Assembly (NCBI GenBank): GCA_039914625.1
Contig: JBDSOU010000183.1
Location: 1 to 46,368 of the forward strand
DNA length: 46,368 bases
Source: Bacteroidia bacterium
GTDB taxonomy: Bacteria > Bacteroidota > Bacteroidia > AKYH767-A > OLB10
Reading direction: 5' to 3'
Part shown: positions 8,937 through 18,580 of the stretch, piece after piece
Position numbering within the stretch: position 1 is the first letter of the stretch
How the letters are laid out: every line of letters starts with the position of its first letter
Notes under the pieces: generated by a model
Seen by the model: the letters and a program-made list of their open reading frames with translations, nothing else
What the model was told of the DNA's origin: nothing
Database searches by the model: none
Program-made: the position numbers and the translations under genes

Positions 8937-10505
8937 GAGCTGCAGCATTTTTCTCACATCGACTTTATCATTCACAATTTTTTCAACCTGTTCAGCTGAA
9001 ATACGTTCCTGCAACATGGAATCCCTTTCGCGTATAGTAACCGTGTTATCTTCCAAAGTCTGATGATCTATTGTAATAGCATACGGTGTTCCGATAGCAT
9101 CCTGCCTGCGGTAACGTTTTCCGATAGAATCTTTTTCATCGTACTGACAATAGATTTCAAACTTTAATTTATCCATGATCTCTCTTGCCTTTTCGGGCAA
9201 ACCGTCTTTTTTCAGTAAAGGCAGCACCGCACATTTTACAGGAGCGAGAAAAGGAGGAAGCCTTAACACAACCCTGTCAGAACCTTCTTCATTTCCTGTT
9301 TCTCCTTCCGCTTTTGGCTTTGCAGGAAGTTTTTCTTCGAGATAACTTTGCGAAAGAATAGCAAGAAACATCCGGTCTAAACCGATGGAAGTTTCCACTA
9401 CATAAGGAACATAACTTTCATTCAATTCAGGGTCGAAGTACTGAAGTTTTTTTCCTGAAAATGCTTCGTGGCTTTTTAAATCAAAATCTGTTCTTGAATG
9501 AATTCCTTCTAATTCTTTGAATCCGAAAGGAAATTGAAATTCAATATCACAGGCTGCGTTTGCATAGTGCGCAAGCTTTAAATGATCATGAAAACGATAG
9601 CTGCTTTGAGGAAAACCAAGCGAGCGGTGCCATTTCATACGTGCTTCTTTCCAGTAAGCGTACCATTCCATTTCCGATCCGGGACGGACAAAATATTGCA
9701 TTTCCATTTGTTCAAACTCGCGCATACGGAAAATAAATTGACGTGCTACAATTTCATTCCTGAAGGCTTTTCCGGTTTGTGCAATACCAAAAGGAATTTT
9801 CATGCGTCCTGTTTTCTGCACGTTCAAAAAATTTACAAAAATTCCCTGCGCTGTTTCGGGACGTAAATAAATGGTGTTTGAATCTTCGCTAACAGAACCC
9901 ACTTGCGTGGAAAACATTAAATTGAACTGGCGGACTTCTGTCCAGTTTCTTGTTCCGCTAACGGGACAAACAATTTCCAAATCAACAATAATTTGGCGGA
10001 CTTCTGCCAGATCATTTTTTTCCATTGCTGTTTTGAAACGATTGTTTATATCTTCAATCTTTTTCTGGTTTTCTACAACCCGAGGATTGGTTGACCGATA
10101 CATTTCTTCGTTAAACGTTTCTCCAAAACGATCTTTGGCTTTGGTAACTTCTTTTTCAATCTTTGCTTCAATCTTTGCAACATAATCTTCAATCAGAACA
10201 TCGGCACGGTAACGTTTTTTGGAATCTTTGTTATCAATTAACGGATCGTTAAATGCATCCACATGTCCGGAAGCTTTCCAAACAGTAGGATGCATGAAAA
10301 TGGAAGCATCAATACCGACAATATTTTCATGCATCTGCACCATTGCCTTCCACCAGTACTCACGAATGTTTTTTTTCAGCTCAGCGCCATACTGACCGTA
10401 ATCATATACGGCACTTAAACCGTCATAAATTTCACTCGATTGAAATATATATCCGTATTCCTTCGCGTGGGAAATAATATTTTTAAAAAGATCTTCGCTT
10501 TTCAT
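8931..10505 (-). CDS. glyQS: Glycine--tRNA ligase (alpha2 type)
   Basis: YLRPETAQG, FRNEI, REFEQME, ELEGIHSR, IGKRYRRQD. ATG at 10505 preferred because the TTG at 10538 lies inside a TATTTTTG promoter motif. Confidence 0.96.
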   Translation of the reverse strand: MKSEDLFKNIISHAKEYGYIFQSSEIYDGLSAVYDYGQYGAELKKNIREYWWKAMVQMHENIVGIDASIFMHPTVWKASGHVDAFNDPLIDNKDSKKRYRADVLIEDYVAKIEAKIEKEVTKAKDRFGETFNEEMYRSTNPRVVENQKKIEDINNRFKTAMEKNDLAEVRQIIVDLEIVCPVSGTRNWTEVRQFNLMFSTQVGSVSEDSNTIYLRPETAQGIFVNFLNVQKTGRMKIPFGIAQTGKAFRNEIVARQFIFRMREFEQMEMQYFVRPGSEMEWYAYWKEARMKWHRSLGFPQSSYRFHDHLKLAHYANAACDIEFQFPFGFKELEGIHSRTDFDLKSHEAFSGKKLQYFDPELNESYVPYVVETSIGLDRMFLAILSQSYLEEKLPAKPKAEGETGNEEGSDRVVLRLPPFLAPVKCAVLPLLKKDGLPEKAREIMDKLKFEIYCQYDEKDSIGKRYRRQDAIGTPYAITIDHQTLEDNTVTIRERDSMLQERISAEQVEKIVNDKVDVRKMLQLL

Positions 10506-10583
10506 CGGGGAACCGCTTTTGTGGTTGACATGCAGCAAAAATAAGGTTTAAGGTTTAGGGTTAGAGTTTAGGATTAAAAAAAA

Positions 10584-10625
10584 TCATTCCTTCAAAAACT
10601 TCTTCACCGTTTTTTCTTTTCCATT
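10584..10625 (-). repeat. Orphan copy of the last 14 codons of the T9SS gene at 12749-13945
   Basis: Reads NGKEKTVKKFLKE*; 38/42 nt identical to 12749-12790 (NGKEKAVKKFLKE*). Confidence 0.9.
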
Positions 10626-10634
10626 TACCCGAAT

Positions 10635-10765
10635 TTGTCATTCAGGAGGAAACCTTTTATGAGTAATCACCGCTTTCTAAATCATAGGTGATAGAAATGA
10701 ATAAGGAATAGCGCTTCAATTTAAATTTTGTTGCAACTCTAAAAAAGTTTCCTCCTGAATGACAA
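10635..10765. repeat. ~130-bp inverted-repeat element (REP/MITE-like), copy A
   Basis: ttgtcattcaggaggaaacctttt ... aaaaagtttcctcctgaatgacaa (23/24 complementary). Confidence 0.85.
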
Positions 10766-10794
10766 CCCAGAGTTATTTTTTCAAAAAAAAATTT

Positions 10795-12438
10795 TTATTC
10801 TTTTACAATTTTCTTAACCATCCGTTCTCCGTCTATATTTATTTCCAACAAATAAATTCCTTTTGATAAAAAATTAAGATCAAGAGCAGTTTGAAAATTG
10901 TTATTTATTATTTGGTAATTCTTCAAATAAACCGTTTGTCCTAAAATATTTTTTACTGTGATGGTTGCTTGTTTTATGTTTTGGTTTTGGATTATAATTG
11001 TAATTTCAGAAATAAAAGGATTAGGAGAAATGGAAATTGGAAGTTGGAAATTGGAAGTTGGATTAATTGAAGTTGTTAACGTGCTGTCGCAGAATTTTAT
11101 GATCCAGTAATCAGGACCTCCCCGGCTTGATTGTGTTTTATCTCCTCCGATTCCTTTGTTTACATAGTTTGCCATAGCATAACATCCATCTTTCGTTTCA
11201 ATTACTAATCCTATATAGGCTCTTCCCGGAGTGTGAAGTGTTTTATCCCACTGCTTGTTGCCAATTGAATCTGTTTTAATTATCCATGTTTGATCGAGTC
11301 CAAGATTGTATTCTGTTTTGTCTCCGCTGCTGTCTGATTCAGAATATCCTCCGAGAATATATCCACCGTCAGAAGTCAATTGAACAGAAGAAAATACATC
11401 TTTACTTCCTCCGCCAAAATCCTTATCCCATTGTTTGTTGCCAAGAGAGTCTGTTTTTACAATCCAATAATCACTATCCAGAAATGATCCCCACGTATTT
11501 TGTGTTTTATCTCCGCTGCTGTCAGAGTTTGATGGTCCTCCGAGGAAATACCCTCCGTCAGCAGTTTGGAGCAAAGAAATAATCCCCTCACCTTCTGTTC
11601 CGCCATAATCTTTATCCCATTGTTTATTGCCAAGCGAATCGGTTTTTACAATCCAGAAATCATAATTTCCCCACGAATTTTCTGTTTTATCTCCGCTGCT
11701 GTCTGATATGGAAGAACCTCCGAGGATATATCCGCCATCAATAGTTTGATGTACAACATAAAGCCCCTCTCGGTTTGTCCCGCCAAAATCTTTATCCCAT
11801 TGTTTGTTCCCGAGCGAATCTATTTTTATAATCCAATAATCAGTCAGCCCCCAATTGATCTGAGTTTTATCTCCCCCGATGTCGGAATAAGAAGTGCCTC
11901 CAAGTATGTATCCCCTGTCTGCAGTTTGCTGCAATGAATTTAGTTCATCACCGTCAAATCCACCGAAAGTTTTATCCCATTGCTTATTGCCAAGAGCATC
12001 AATTTTAACTATCCAATAATCAGAAGGACATCCGGCAGTACAATTAGTATCCTGAGCATCTTGTGTTTTATCTCCGCTGCTGTCAGAAAAAGAAAATCCT
12101 CCGAGAATATATCCTCCATCATCAGTTTGCTCTGCGATAGTAAAAAAATCTCCTTCCGTTCCTCCGAAATCTTTATCCCATTGCTTATTCCCCATCGAAT
12201 CAGTTTTTACTATCCAGTAGTCATTGTATCCCCAGATGTTTTGCGTTTTATCTCCACTGCTGTCGGAATCAGACCACCCTCCTAAAATAAATCCACCATC
12301 AATTGTTTGCTGAAAAGAATAAAGTATATCATTGTCATTGCCTCCAAACCTCTTATCCCACTGTTTCACCAAAGGGTTTTGTGCAAAAAGAAAAACGGAG
12401 GATAAAATTAAAAGAAAGAAGAGAGTAGATTTTTTCAT
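10795..12438 (-). CDS. T9SS type A-sorted beta-propeller repeat protein
   Basis: Signal peptide; seven KQWDK-containing repeats (DYWIVKTDSLGNKQWDKDFGG...DGGYILGG); CTD ISPNP...GIYLL...KKIVKE. Confidence 0.92.
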   Translation of the reverse strand: MKKSTLFFLLILSSVFLFAQNPLVKQWDKRFGGNDNDILYSFQQTIDGGFILGGWSDSDSSGDKTQNIWGYNDYWIVKTDSMGNKQWDKDFGGTEGDFFTIAEQTDDGGYILGGFSFSDSSGDKTQDAQDTNCTAGCPSDYWIVKIDALGNKQWDKTFGGFDGDELNSLQQTADRGYILGGTSYSDIGGDKTQINWGLTDYWIIKIDSLGNKQWDKDFGGTNREGLYVVHQTIDGGYILGGSSISDSSGDKTENSWGNYDFWIVKTDSLGNKQWDKDYGGTEGEGIISLLQTADGGYFLGGPSNSDSSGDKTQNTWGSFLDSDYWIVKTDSLGNKQWDKDFGGGSKDVFSSVQLTSDGGYILGGYSESDSSGDKTEYNLGLDQTWIIKTDSIGNKQWDKTLHTPGRAYIGLVIETKDGCYAMANYVNKGIGGDKTQSSRGGPDYWIIKFCDSTLTTSINPTSNFQLPISISPNPFISEITIIIQNQNIKQATITVKNILGQTVYLKNYQIINNNFQTALDLNFLSKGIYLLEINIDGERMVKKIVKE

Positions 12439-12560
12439 TGGTAATTTAGTAAGTACAAATATATCTAAATCTTAACCGGGTTCCGGATTTATTAACATTT
12501 TAAAAAAAGTTTTCAACTTAAATCATAAGTTAAAACAGGAAACTGCCCGCCTGAAAGTGG

Positions 12561-12600
12561 TTACTCCTTCAAAAAATCTTCGCATCCTTTTCTTTTCCAT
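12561..12600 (-). repeat. Degenerate second copy of the T9SS gene 3' end
   Basis: ttactccttcaaaaaatcttcgcatccttttcttttccat aligns with 10584-10624 and 12749-12789. Confidence 0.7.
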
Positions 12601-12611
12601 CAACCCGCATC

Positions 12612-12740
12612 TGTCATTCAGGAGGAAACCTTTTATGAGTTATCACTGCCATTTAAAACAAAGCTGACAACATAGCATCAGGGATGAGATTTCTATTTAA
12701 GTTTTGTTGCATCTTTTAAAAAGTTTCGTCCTGAATGACA
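12612..12740. repeat. ~130-bp inverted-repeat element, copy B
   Basis: tgtcattcaggaggaaacctttt ... aaaaagtttcgtcctgaatgaca. Ends match copy A; centre differs. Confidence 0.85.
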
Positions 12741-12748
12741 ACGTGGAG

Positions 12749-13945
12749 TTATTCTTTCAAAAACTTCTTCACCGCTTTTTCTTTTCCGTTAGTTACTTCA
12801 ATTAGATAAATTCCACCCGGGAAGTTGGAAATTGGAAGCTGGAAGCTGGAAGCTTTTGTTTCAAGGTGTGCAACATAAACTTTTTTACCCATAACATCTG
12901 TTATAGTTATTCCTATATTTTTTCCGGCAGTGGGCTGCAGACTGATGACTGCATATTCAGAAGCCGGATTGGGATAAACCTGAAGCCCGAAACTTGAAAC
13001 CTGTAACTCATTAACACTTGTAGTACTGTCTTCAGGATGGTATTCCCAAAAATCAAATCTGAAGTTTACGCCATCCCATCCGGTACCGAGATAGCCAAGA
13101 TTGCCAATGGAGAAGCTTACATTCTCTACTCTTACTCCTCCTCCGAAAACAGCTATCGGAGTCCAGCTATCAGTCAGCGGATCATATTTCCAGATCATAC
13201 TTGTCGGAGACGGATTGTAGCCTGTTCCCATGTAACCATAGTTGCCGATATTGAACCCTGTGGCTTCCCAACGGGGGCCTCCGGGAAAAGAAGTTTTCTG
13301 TGTCCATGTATCGCTTTGCTGGTCCCATTCCCAGAAATCAGAAAGACTGCCGCCTGTAACAGTACTATATCCCGTACCTATATAACCTTTACCGCCAACA
13401 AAAAATCCGGCAGCATAGTGCCTTGCCGTTCCGGGAAGGCTTGTTTTTTGGGCCCATGTATTTGCAAGCGGATCGTATTCCCAAAGATCGTCCATTGATG
13501 TTCCTAAAGAAGAAGATGCACCGCTGCATATATATCCTTTACCATTTATTGACCATGATACAGCAGCCTGTCTTTGCTGACCCAAAAAGCTCGCCTGCTG
13601 TGTCCACGTATTAGCAATGGGATCAAATTGCCAAAAATCCAGCCCTGTTGGAGCGGGAAAAATATATCCGTAATTGCCTATTGTAAAAGAAGAATTCTCA
13701 ACACTCGGTTGTCCGCCATAATCTGCTTTTTGCAACCAACTGTTAGTAGAAGGATCATATTCATACCAGTCTTTAGTATATCCGGAAGTGAATCCTGTGC
13801 CGATATAACCTTTGCTGCCAATGGCAAAGCCGCATCCGTCAGCCCTTCCAATGCCGGGAAGGTCGGCTTTCTGTGTCCAGTAATCTGCATAGGTGCTTAC
13901 CGTTAGTGTTAATAAAAATGTTGTGAAGTAAAGTTTTGTGTTCAT
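12749..13945 (-). CDS. T9SS type A-sorted Kelch-repeat protein
   Basis: Signal peptide; six W-x-QK-x-x-(L/F)PG..R-type Kelch blades; CTD VYPNPA...GIYLI...KKFLKE. Confidence 0.92.
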   Translation of the reverse strand: MNTKLYFTTFLLTLTVSTYADYWTQKADLPGIGRADGCGFAIGSKGYIGTGFTSGYTKDWYEYDPSTNSWLQKADYGGQPSVENSSFTIGNYGYIFPAPTGLDFWQFDPIANTWTQQASFLGQQRQAAVSWSINGKGYICSGASSSLGTSMDDLWEYDPLANTWAQKTSLPGTARHYAAGFFVGGKGYIGTGYSTVTGGSLSDFWEWDQQSDTWTQKTSFPGGPRWEATGFNIGNYGYMGTGYNPSPTSMIWKYDPLTDSWTPIAVFGGGVRVENVSFSIGNLGYLGTGWDGVNFRFDFWEYHPEDSTTSVNELQVSSFGLQVYPNPASEYAVISLQPTAGKNIGITITDVMGKKVYVAHLETKASSFQLPISNFPGGIYLIEVTNGKEKAVKKFLKE

Positions 13946-14081
13946 ATGTTTTTAAATTTTATTTTGAAAGGTATGGATTAATTTTGAAATCAAAGCATAA
14001 AGTATTCAGGTAATCAACATAAGACGGATGAACATTTGAAAAAGGCGCATTATAAATAAAAAAAGCATTTTAATGTTTTTT

Positions 14082-14501
14082 CTAAACCGTTGCTATTACC
14101 TTCAGTTCAATTGCTATCGGGGTGGGCAGGCAATTAATTTCAATCGTTGTTCTGCAGGGCGGATGATCTTTAAAATACTCCGCCCACAGTTTATTGTATT
14201 CAGGAAAATCATCTTTCATGTTGGTAAGAAAAACGGTTACATCCACAATCTTATCCCAACTGCTCCCGGCTTCCTCCAAAATGTATTTAACATTTTTAAA
14301 AACCGAATGGCATTGCGCTGCGATATCGTAAGAACTGATATTTCCATTACTATCCAATTCCACACCGGGTATTTTCGCAGCCCCTCTTTCGCGCGGCCCC
14401 ACACCGGAAAGAAATAATAAATTCCCGACTTTGCGCGCATGCGGATATGCTCCTACGGGTTCAGGAGCTTTTTGCGAATGAATGTTTTTCTCTTCTGTCA
14501 T
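14082..14501 (-). CDS. RidA family protein, probably 2-aminomuconate deaminase-like
   Basis: APEPVGAYPHA, FLSGVGPR, PPCRTTIEI..LPTPIAIELK. Confidence 0.88.
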   Translation of the reverse strand: MTEEKNIHSQKAPEPVGAYPHARKVGNLLFLSGVGPRERGAAKIPGVELDSNGNISSYDIAAQCHSVFKNVKYILEEAGSSWDKIVDVTVFLTNMKDDFPEYNKLWAEYFKDHPPCRTTIEINCLPTPIAIELKVIATV

Positions 14502-14552
14502 TGTTTCCAGGTATATTACGGTTATTCCAAATTTTTGAGATGTATCCTGTCT

Positions 14553-16205
14553 TTACCTATTCAAATCCCATTCCTGTTCCAAATCCCAGTTTGCACGAAT
14601 GGTAATGCGCTCCATATAATAAACCACTTTTTCAGGTTGAATTTTTTTCAGATAGTTCCCTGTATCCCACCTGTTATTTTTATTTTCATCTGAAATTATT
14701 TTAAACCGGTAACTGCCGGGATTTAAAAAATCAAAATTAACAACTGCGGATGAGGTAATGCTTTTTTCACGGATCACTTCGTCTTTATCATTCACAAGCT
14801 GAATAATATATTGGGGACTTTTATCATCCGTTTTTAATTTCAACAGCACCGTTCCGTATTCGGTTGCCGGTTTCAGGTGAAAAGAAATTTTTGCCGTATC
14901 ATTTTCTATAGTAAACATATCTTTAAAAGCACCCGGTAAAAATGTCAGTTCATAATTTGAATTTTCCTTCCATTTATAGTTAACTAAAAGATTTCTTTTT
15001 ACAGAATCCGTAAAGCTGTAAATAACTCCCGTTGTAATCACCGAATCTGTTTTAAAAATAATTTTGCTTTCATCTATAGTTTCAACCGGGGTATTAAATT
15101 GCAACAGCAAATCTTTCCCGGCATCAAGAATTCCTCCTGTTGCGCCTGACATGAAAGAAAAAGCTTTTGCCTGCGACCCTCTACCCGATGACTTTCTTTT
15201 TAAAACAAATAAAGCCGTATCAAACGGCTGTTCATTCTGAAGCAGCGCTATACGCAATGAATCTATCGTGGTGTCATTCATCCAAAGCATTAACGTATCC
15301 CTGTTTAACGAATATTCTTCCATTTGCCAGGGATTTTTTGAAAAGGATAATGGCTCTAATGATACGCTATCAGCACGAGTATTAAAAATTATTCTCAGCT
15401 TGCCCGGTGCTTCAACAGCAGCATTTGTTAAATGGATTTTCCCGGGAGGATTTACAAAAAGCTTTAAATTTTCTTGTGCTGAATCGCTCATGGCAATAAG
15501 CGAATCAGAAAATGCAATGGCTTCACCCGGCTGATCAAAAAGGTAATTGCTGTTTTTATCTTTCAAAGCAAAAATCTTAAACAAACCACTGCTGATATTG
15601 CTGATTTTATAATTTCCCGTGCTATCCGTCCTGGAAAAATAATCAGGAATCTTTTTATACGGAACAGAATCGTCATGCTCTTTATAAAGCATTACCATAA
15701 TTCCTTTTTCGGTTTTAAGATTTTCGGCATAGGTTATGTTTCCCGACACAGAAAGCGAATCAAGATAATCACCGGTTGAAAAGACAAGCAGAAAATTTTC
15801 CATGATATTCTTCTCATGCACATCAGCAATAGCGCTTCCGAAGTTGAAGGTATACGTGGTGTTTTCTTTCAGCGGATTTTCAAATCTTATTTTAAGCGTT
15901 CGTTTGTTGGTGGTAACTTCCGGCAACGGATCAATCAGGGGAGAAATAATTAATTGTTTATTTAATTCCTCCAGTTGAATGGATTCGTTAAACTCCACAC
16001 GGATTTCTTTCTTATCGAAATTTATTGAATAATTTTCGGGAGCAGATGAAACAATTTCTGGCGGAATTATATCTTTTATTCCTCCTGACGGGATCACACG
16101 ATTGGCGCAGGAAACAAGAAAAAGCAATAGCGTAAAAAAAACATTTTGCCCGTATAAACGAAAGCGATTAACCGTAATAAATTTGTAATTGAAAGGAATA
16201 TGCAT
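14553..16205 (-). CDS. Ig-like domain lipoprotein
   Basis: Lipobox LVSC followed by ANRVIPSGG.KDIIPP; C-terminal WDTGNY..KIQPE motif. Start uncertain. Confidence 0.85.
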   Translation of the reverse strand: MHIPFNYKFITVNRFRLYGQNVFFTLLLFLVSCANRVIPSGGIKDIIPPEIVSSAPENYSINFDKKEIRVEFNESIQLEELNKQLIISPLIDPLPEVTTNKRTLKIRFENPLKENTTYTFNFGSAIADVHEKNIMENFLLVFSTGDYLDSLSVSGNITYAENLKTEKGIMVMLYKEHDDSVPYKKIPDYFSRTDSTGNYKISNISSGLFKIFALKDKNSNYLFDQPGEAIAFSDSLIAMSDSAQENLKLFVNPPGKIHLTNAAVEAPGKLRIIFNTRADSVSLEPLSFSKNPWQMEEYSLNRDTLMLWMNDTTIDSLRIALLQNEQPFDTALFVLKRKSSGRGSQAKAFSFMSGATGGILDAGKDLLLQFNTPVETIDESKIIFKTDSVITTGVIYSFTDSVKRNLLVNYKWKENSNYELTFLPGAFKDMFTIENDTAKISFHLKPATEYGTVLLKLKTDDKSPQYIIQLVNDKDEVIREKSITSSAVVNFDFLNPGSYRFKIISDENKNNRWDTGNYLKKIQPEKVVYYMERITIRANWDLEQEWDLNR

Positions 16206-16245
16206 TTGAGAAAGCAAAGATGAAAAGAATAATGTGCAGAAAAAA

Positions 16246-16749
16246 TTATTTCAGCATTCCTTCCATTAATTCCACCACTTGCTGAAGGAACCTGCTGTCG
16301 GTTTCATCAAAATTTGAAAGCTGTTCGCTGTCCACATCAAATACCATTACCACTTCATTGTTTTTAAAAACCGGCAAAACAATTTCAGAACGTGACAGCG
16401 AACTGCACGCAATATGACCGGGAAATTTATCCACATCAGGCACAACGATAATTTGTTTTTGTTTCCAGCACGAACCGCAAACTCCTTTCCCATAACCTAT
16501 ACGTGAACAGGCAACGGGTCCCTGGAAAGGTCCGAGAACTAATTCTTTTTCTCCCTTATTATTTTCTTTAACAAAATAAACTCCTGTCCACAAAAAGCCC
16601 ATTCCTTCTTTTAATGCAGCCATTATATTGGCAACACCGGCAATCAAATCATTTTCTCCTTCCACTAAAGCATTAATCTGCGGAATAAGTGATTCATACT
16701 TTTCCTTTTTCGAAAGCTGTTTATCGGGAATAATTATGTCTTCCACCAT
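16246..16749 (-). CDS. GAF-domain protein (free methionine-R-sulfoxide reductase, MsrC-like)
   Basis: LVLGPFQGPVAC, GKGVCG, FPGHIACS, SEIVLP, DVDS. Confidence 0.92.
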   Translation of the reverse strand: MVEDIIIPDKQLSKKEKYESLIPQINALVEGENDLIAGVANIMAALKEGMGFLWTGVYFVKENNKGEKELVLGPFQGPVACSRIGYGKGVCGSCWKQKQIIVVPDVDKFPGHIACSSLSRSEIVLPVFKNNEVVMVFDVDSEQLSNFDETDSRFLQQVVELMEGMLK

Positions 16750-16782
16750 TTTTTACTCTTGTAGATGATAATTTATACTTTT

Positions 16783-17475
16783 CTAATGATACGCATAAGC
16801 AATTGAGGCAACGCTCACCTTTGTACTTTTATGCTTTAGCAAAACTTCTGCGCATGCAACAAGGGTGGAGCCTGTAGTGATGACATCGTCCACTAAAAGA
16901 ACATGCTTTCCTTCAATGTTTGCTTTTTCAGCCAGTGAAAAAACATTACTCACATTCTGCCACCGAGAAAACCGGTTCTTGCGCGTTTGAGTTTCCGTTT
17001 TTTTATTTCTGAAAAGCAGGTTTGTTTCAGCCGGAATATTCATTGCTATAGAAAGCCCATTTGCAATAAAATCGCTCTGGTTATACCCTCTCGTTCTTAA
17101 TCTTGATTTATGCAGCGGCACAGGTATTATGTAATCGGCTGATGAGAATACACTGTTTTTAGCCAGTTCATGCCCGTATAATTCCCCTAATTTCAATCCT
17201 ATTTCTTTTTGTCCTTTATATTTAAGACGGTGGATCAGCTTCTGCACCTTTTGTCCTTTATTAAAAAAATAATAGGATGAGGCAGCAGCAATATTTACTT
17301 TTCCCCAAAAATGCCTGATCACGGGGTTGTCTTCATCCTCATGATAATTTGTTTTCGGCAAATGATACATGCAAAAAGTGCAAATAACATCTTCCCCCTT
17401 GTACAAACCGTTTCCGCATGCCTGGCAAATACGTGGATAAAATAAAGACACAAAATCGAATAGCAGCGTTTTCAT
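16783..17475 (-). CDS. comF: ComF family amidophosphoribosyltransferase-like protein
   Basis: N-terminal CxxC...CxxC zinc ribbon, RGYNQS, LLVDDVITTGST. Confidence 0.92.
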   Translation of the reverse strand: MKTLLFDFVSLFYPRICQACGNGLYKGEDVICTFCMYHLPKTNYHEDEDNPVIRHFWGKVNIAAASSYYFFNKGQKVQKLIHRLKYKGQKEIGLKLGELYGHELAKNSVFSSADYIIPVPLHKSRLRTRGYNQSDFIANGLSIAMNIPAETNLLFRNKKTETQTRKNRFSRWQNVSNVFSLAEKANIEGKHVLLVDDVITTGSTLVACAEVLLKHKSTKVSVASIAYAYH

Positions 17476-17644
17476 ATGTCAAAAATAAAAATTAATTTCA
17501 AACAAAAAATAAACCGTTTTAAAACACGGGTTGATGATATAACTTATTTCAAAATAAACCGTATAAAATAAAATTTGATAAGAATCAAAAATAATATTAA
17601 TTTCGTGCCACTTAATCTTAGATAGCTCTAAACCCAGCAATACT

Positions 17645-18580
17645 ATGGCTGAACAATACACAGACATTGAAAATTTTGATAACAAAGAACAGGATTCCCG
17701 AAAGGTAGTTGTAATTGTGGTTTTTGCCTTTCTTTTCGGTGTTAATGGATTTTTGCTATGGCAGTTCTTTGACAAGAAAACACATCTGGAAGAAGTAAGC
17801 AAAACACTCGATTCCACTGTTGCCGAACGTGACGCTATTTCTGCCGAACTTAAGAAAATGAAAGATGAGTATGAAAAAATTAACCAGGAAAATGCAGGGC
17901 TGCAAAGCCAGTTATCGGCAAAAGACGAAGAAATAAAATCAAAAATTGCCGAAATCCAGCGACTTGTTAATTCGGGAGATGCCGCTCAATTGAGAAAAGC
18001 AAGAGAAGAATTGTCTCAGCTGAAAGCAATGAACCAAAATTATGTGGTCCAGGTTGACTCAATGAAAAAGGTGAACGAGGATCTTAATGAACAAAACCTT
18101 TCTTTAAACGAAACCCTCACCACCGAAAAAGGAAAAGTAGAAAGCCTTACACAGGAAAATTCTTTGCTTGCCAATAAAGTAGCTGTGGGTTCCGTGCTCC
18201 GGACGATGGATGTTACAGCAACGAGTGTACGGTATAAATCCAATGGAAAAGAGAGCGAAATGACCAAAGCATCAAAAGTTCAAAAAATTAAAATATGCTT
18301 TATGGTTCTTGAAAACCATGTTGTGGACAAAGGATCTAAAGATATTTTTATACGTGTCATCAGCCCGGATGGGGCTGTGTTAACTACCACCCAGGAAACT
18401 TTTATGTACAACAGCCAGGCAACGCTTTTCACTGTAAAAGATTCCTTTGATTACAATAACGAAAAAACCAATGTTTGCATTTATTTTGACAAGGGCTCTC
18501 AATACAGCAAAGGAAAATATAGCATTGAGCTTTACAGCGGAGGCACTCAGATTGGTTCCACCTCGCTGTCTTTAAAATAG
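17645..18580 (+). CDS. Membrane-anchored coiled-coil protein with a C-terminal beta domain
   Basis: Single N-terminal TM, long heptad region, beta-rich C-terminus. Confidence 0.85.
   Translation: MAEQYTDIENFDNKEQDSRKVVVIVVFAFLFGVNGFLLWQFFDKKTHLEEVSKTLDSTVAERDAISAELKKMKDEYEKINQENAGLQSQLSAKDEEIKSKIAEIQRLVNSGDAAQLRKAREELSQLKAMNQNYVVQVDSMKKVNEDLNEQNLSLNETLTTEKGKVESLTQENSLLANKVAVGSVLRTMDVTATSVRYKSNGKESEMTKASKVQKIKICFMVLENHVVDKGSKDIFIRVISPDGAVLTTTQETFMYNSQATLFTVKDSFDYNNEKTNVCIYFDKGSQYSKGKYSIELYSGGTQIGSTSLSLK

Noticed and set aside
10635-12740. Canonical integron attC sites
   Set aside because: No RYYYAAC/GTTRRRY core pair and no integron integrase seen; kept only as an analogy.
10584-12790. Diversity-generating retroelement TR/VR pair
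   Set aside because: Mismatches between the copies are not confined to adenines of one template, and no reverse transcriptase is in the window.
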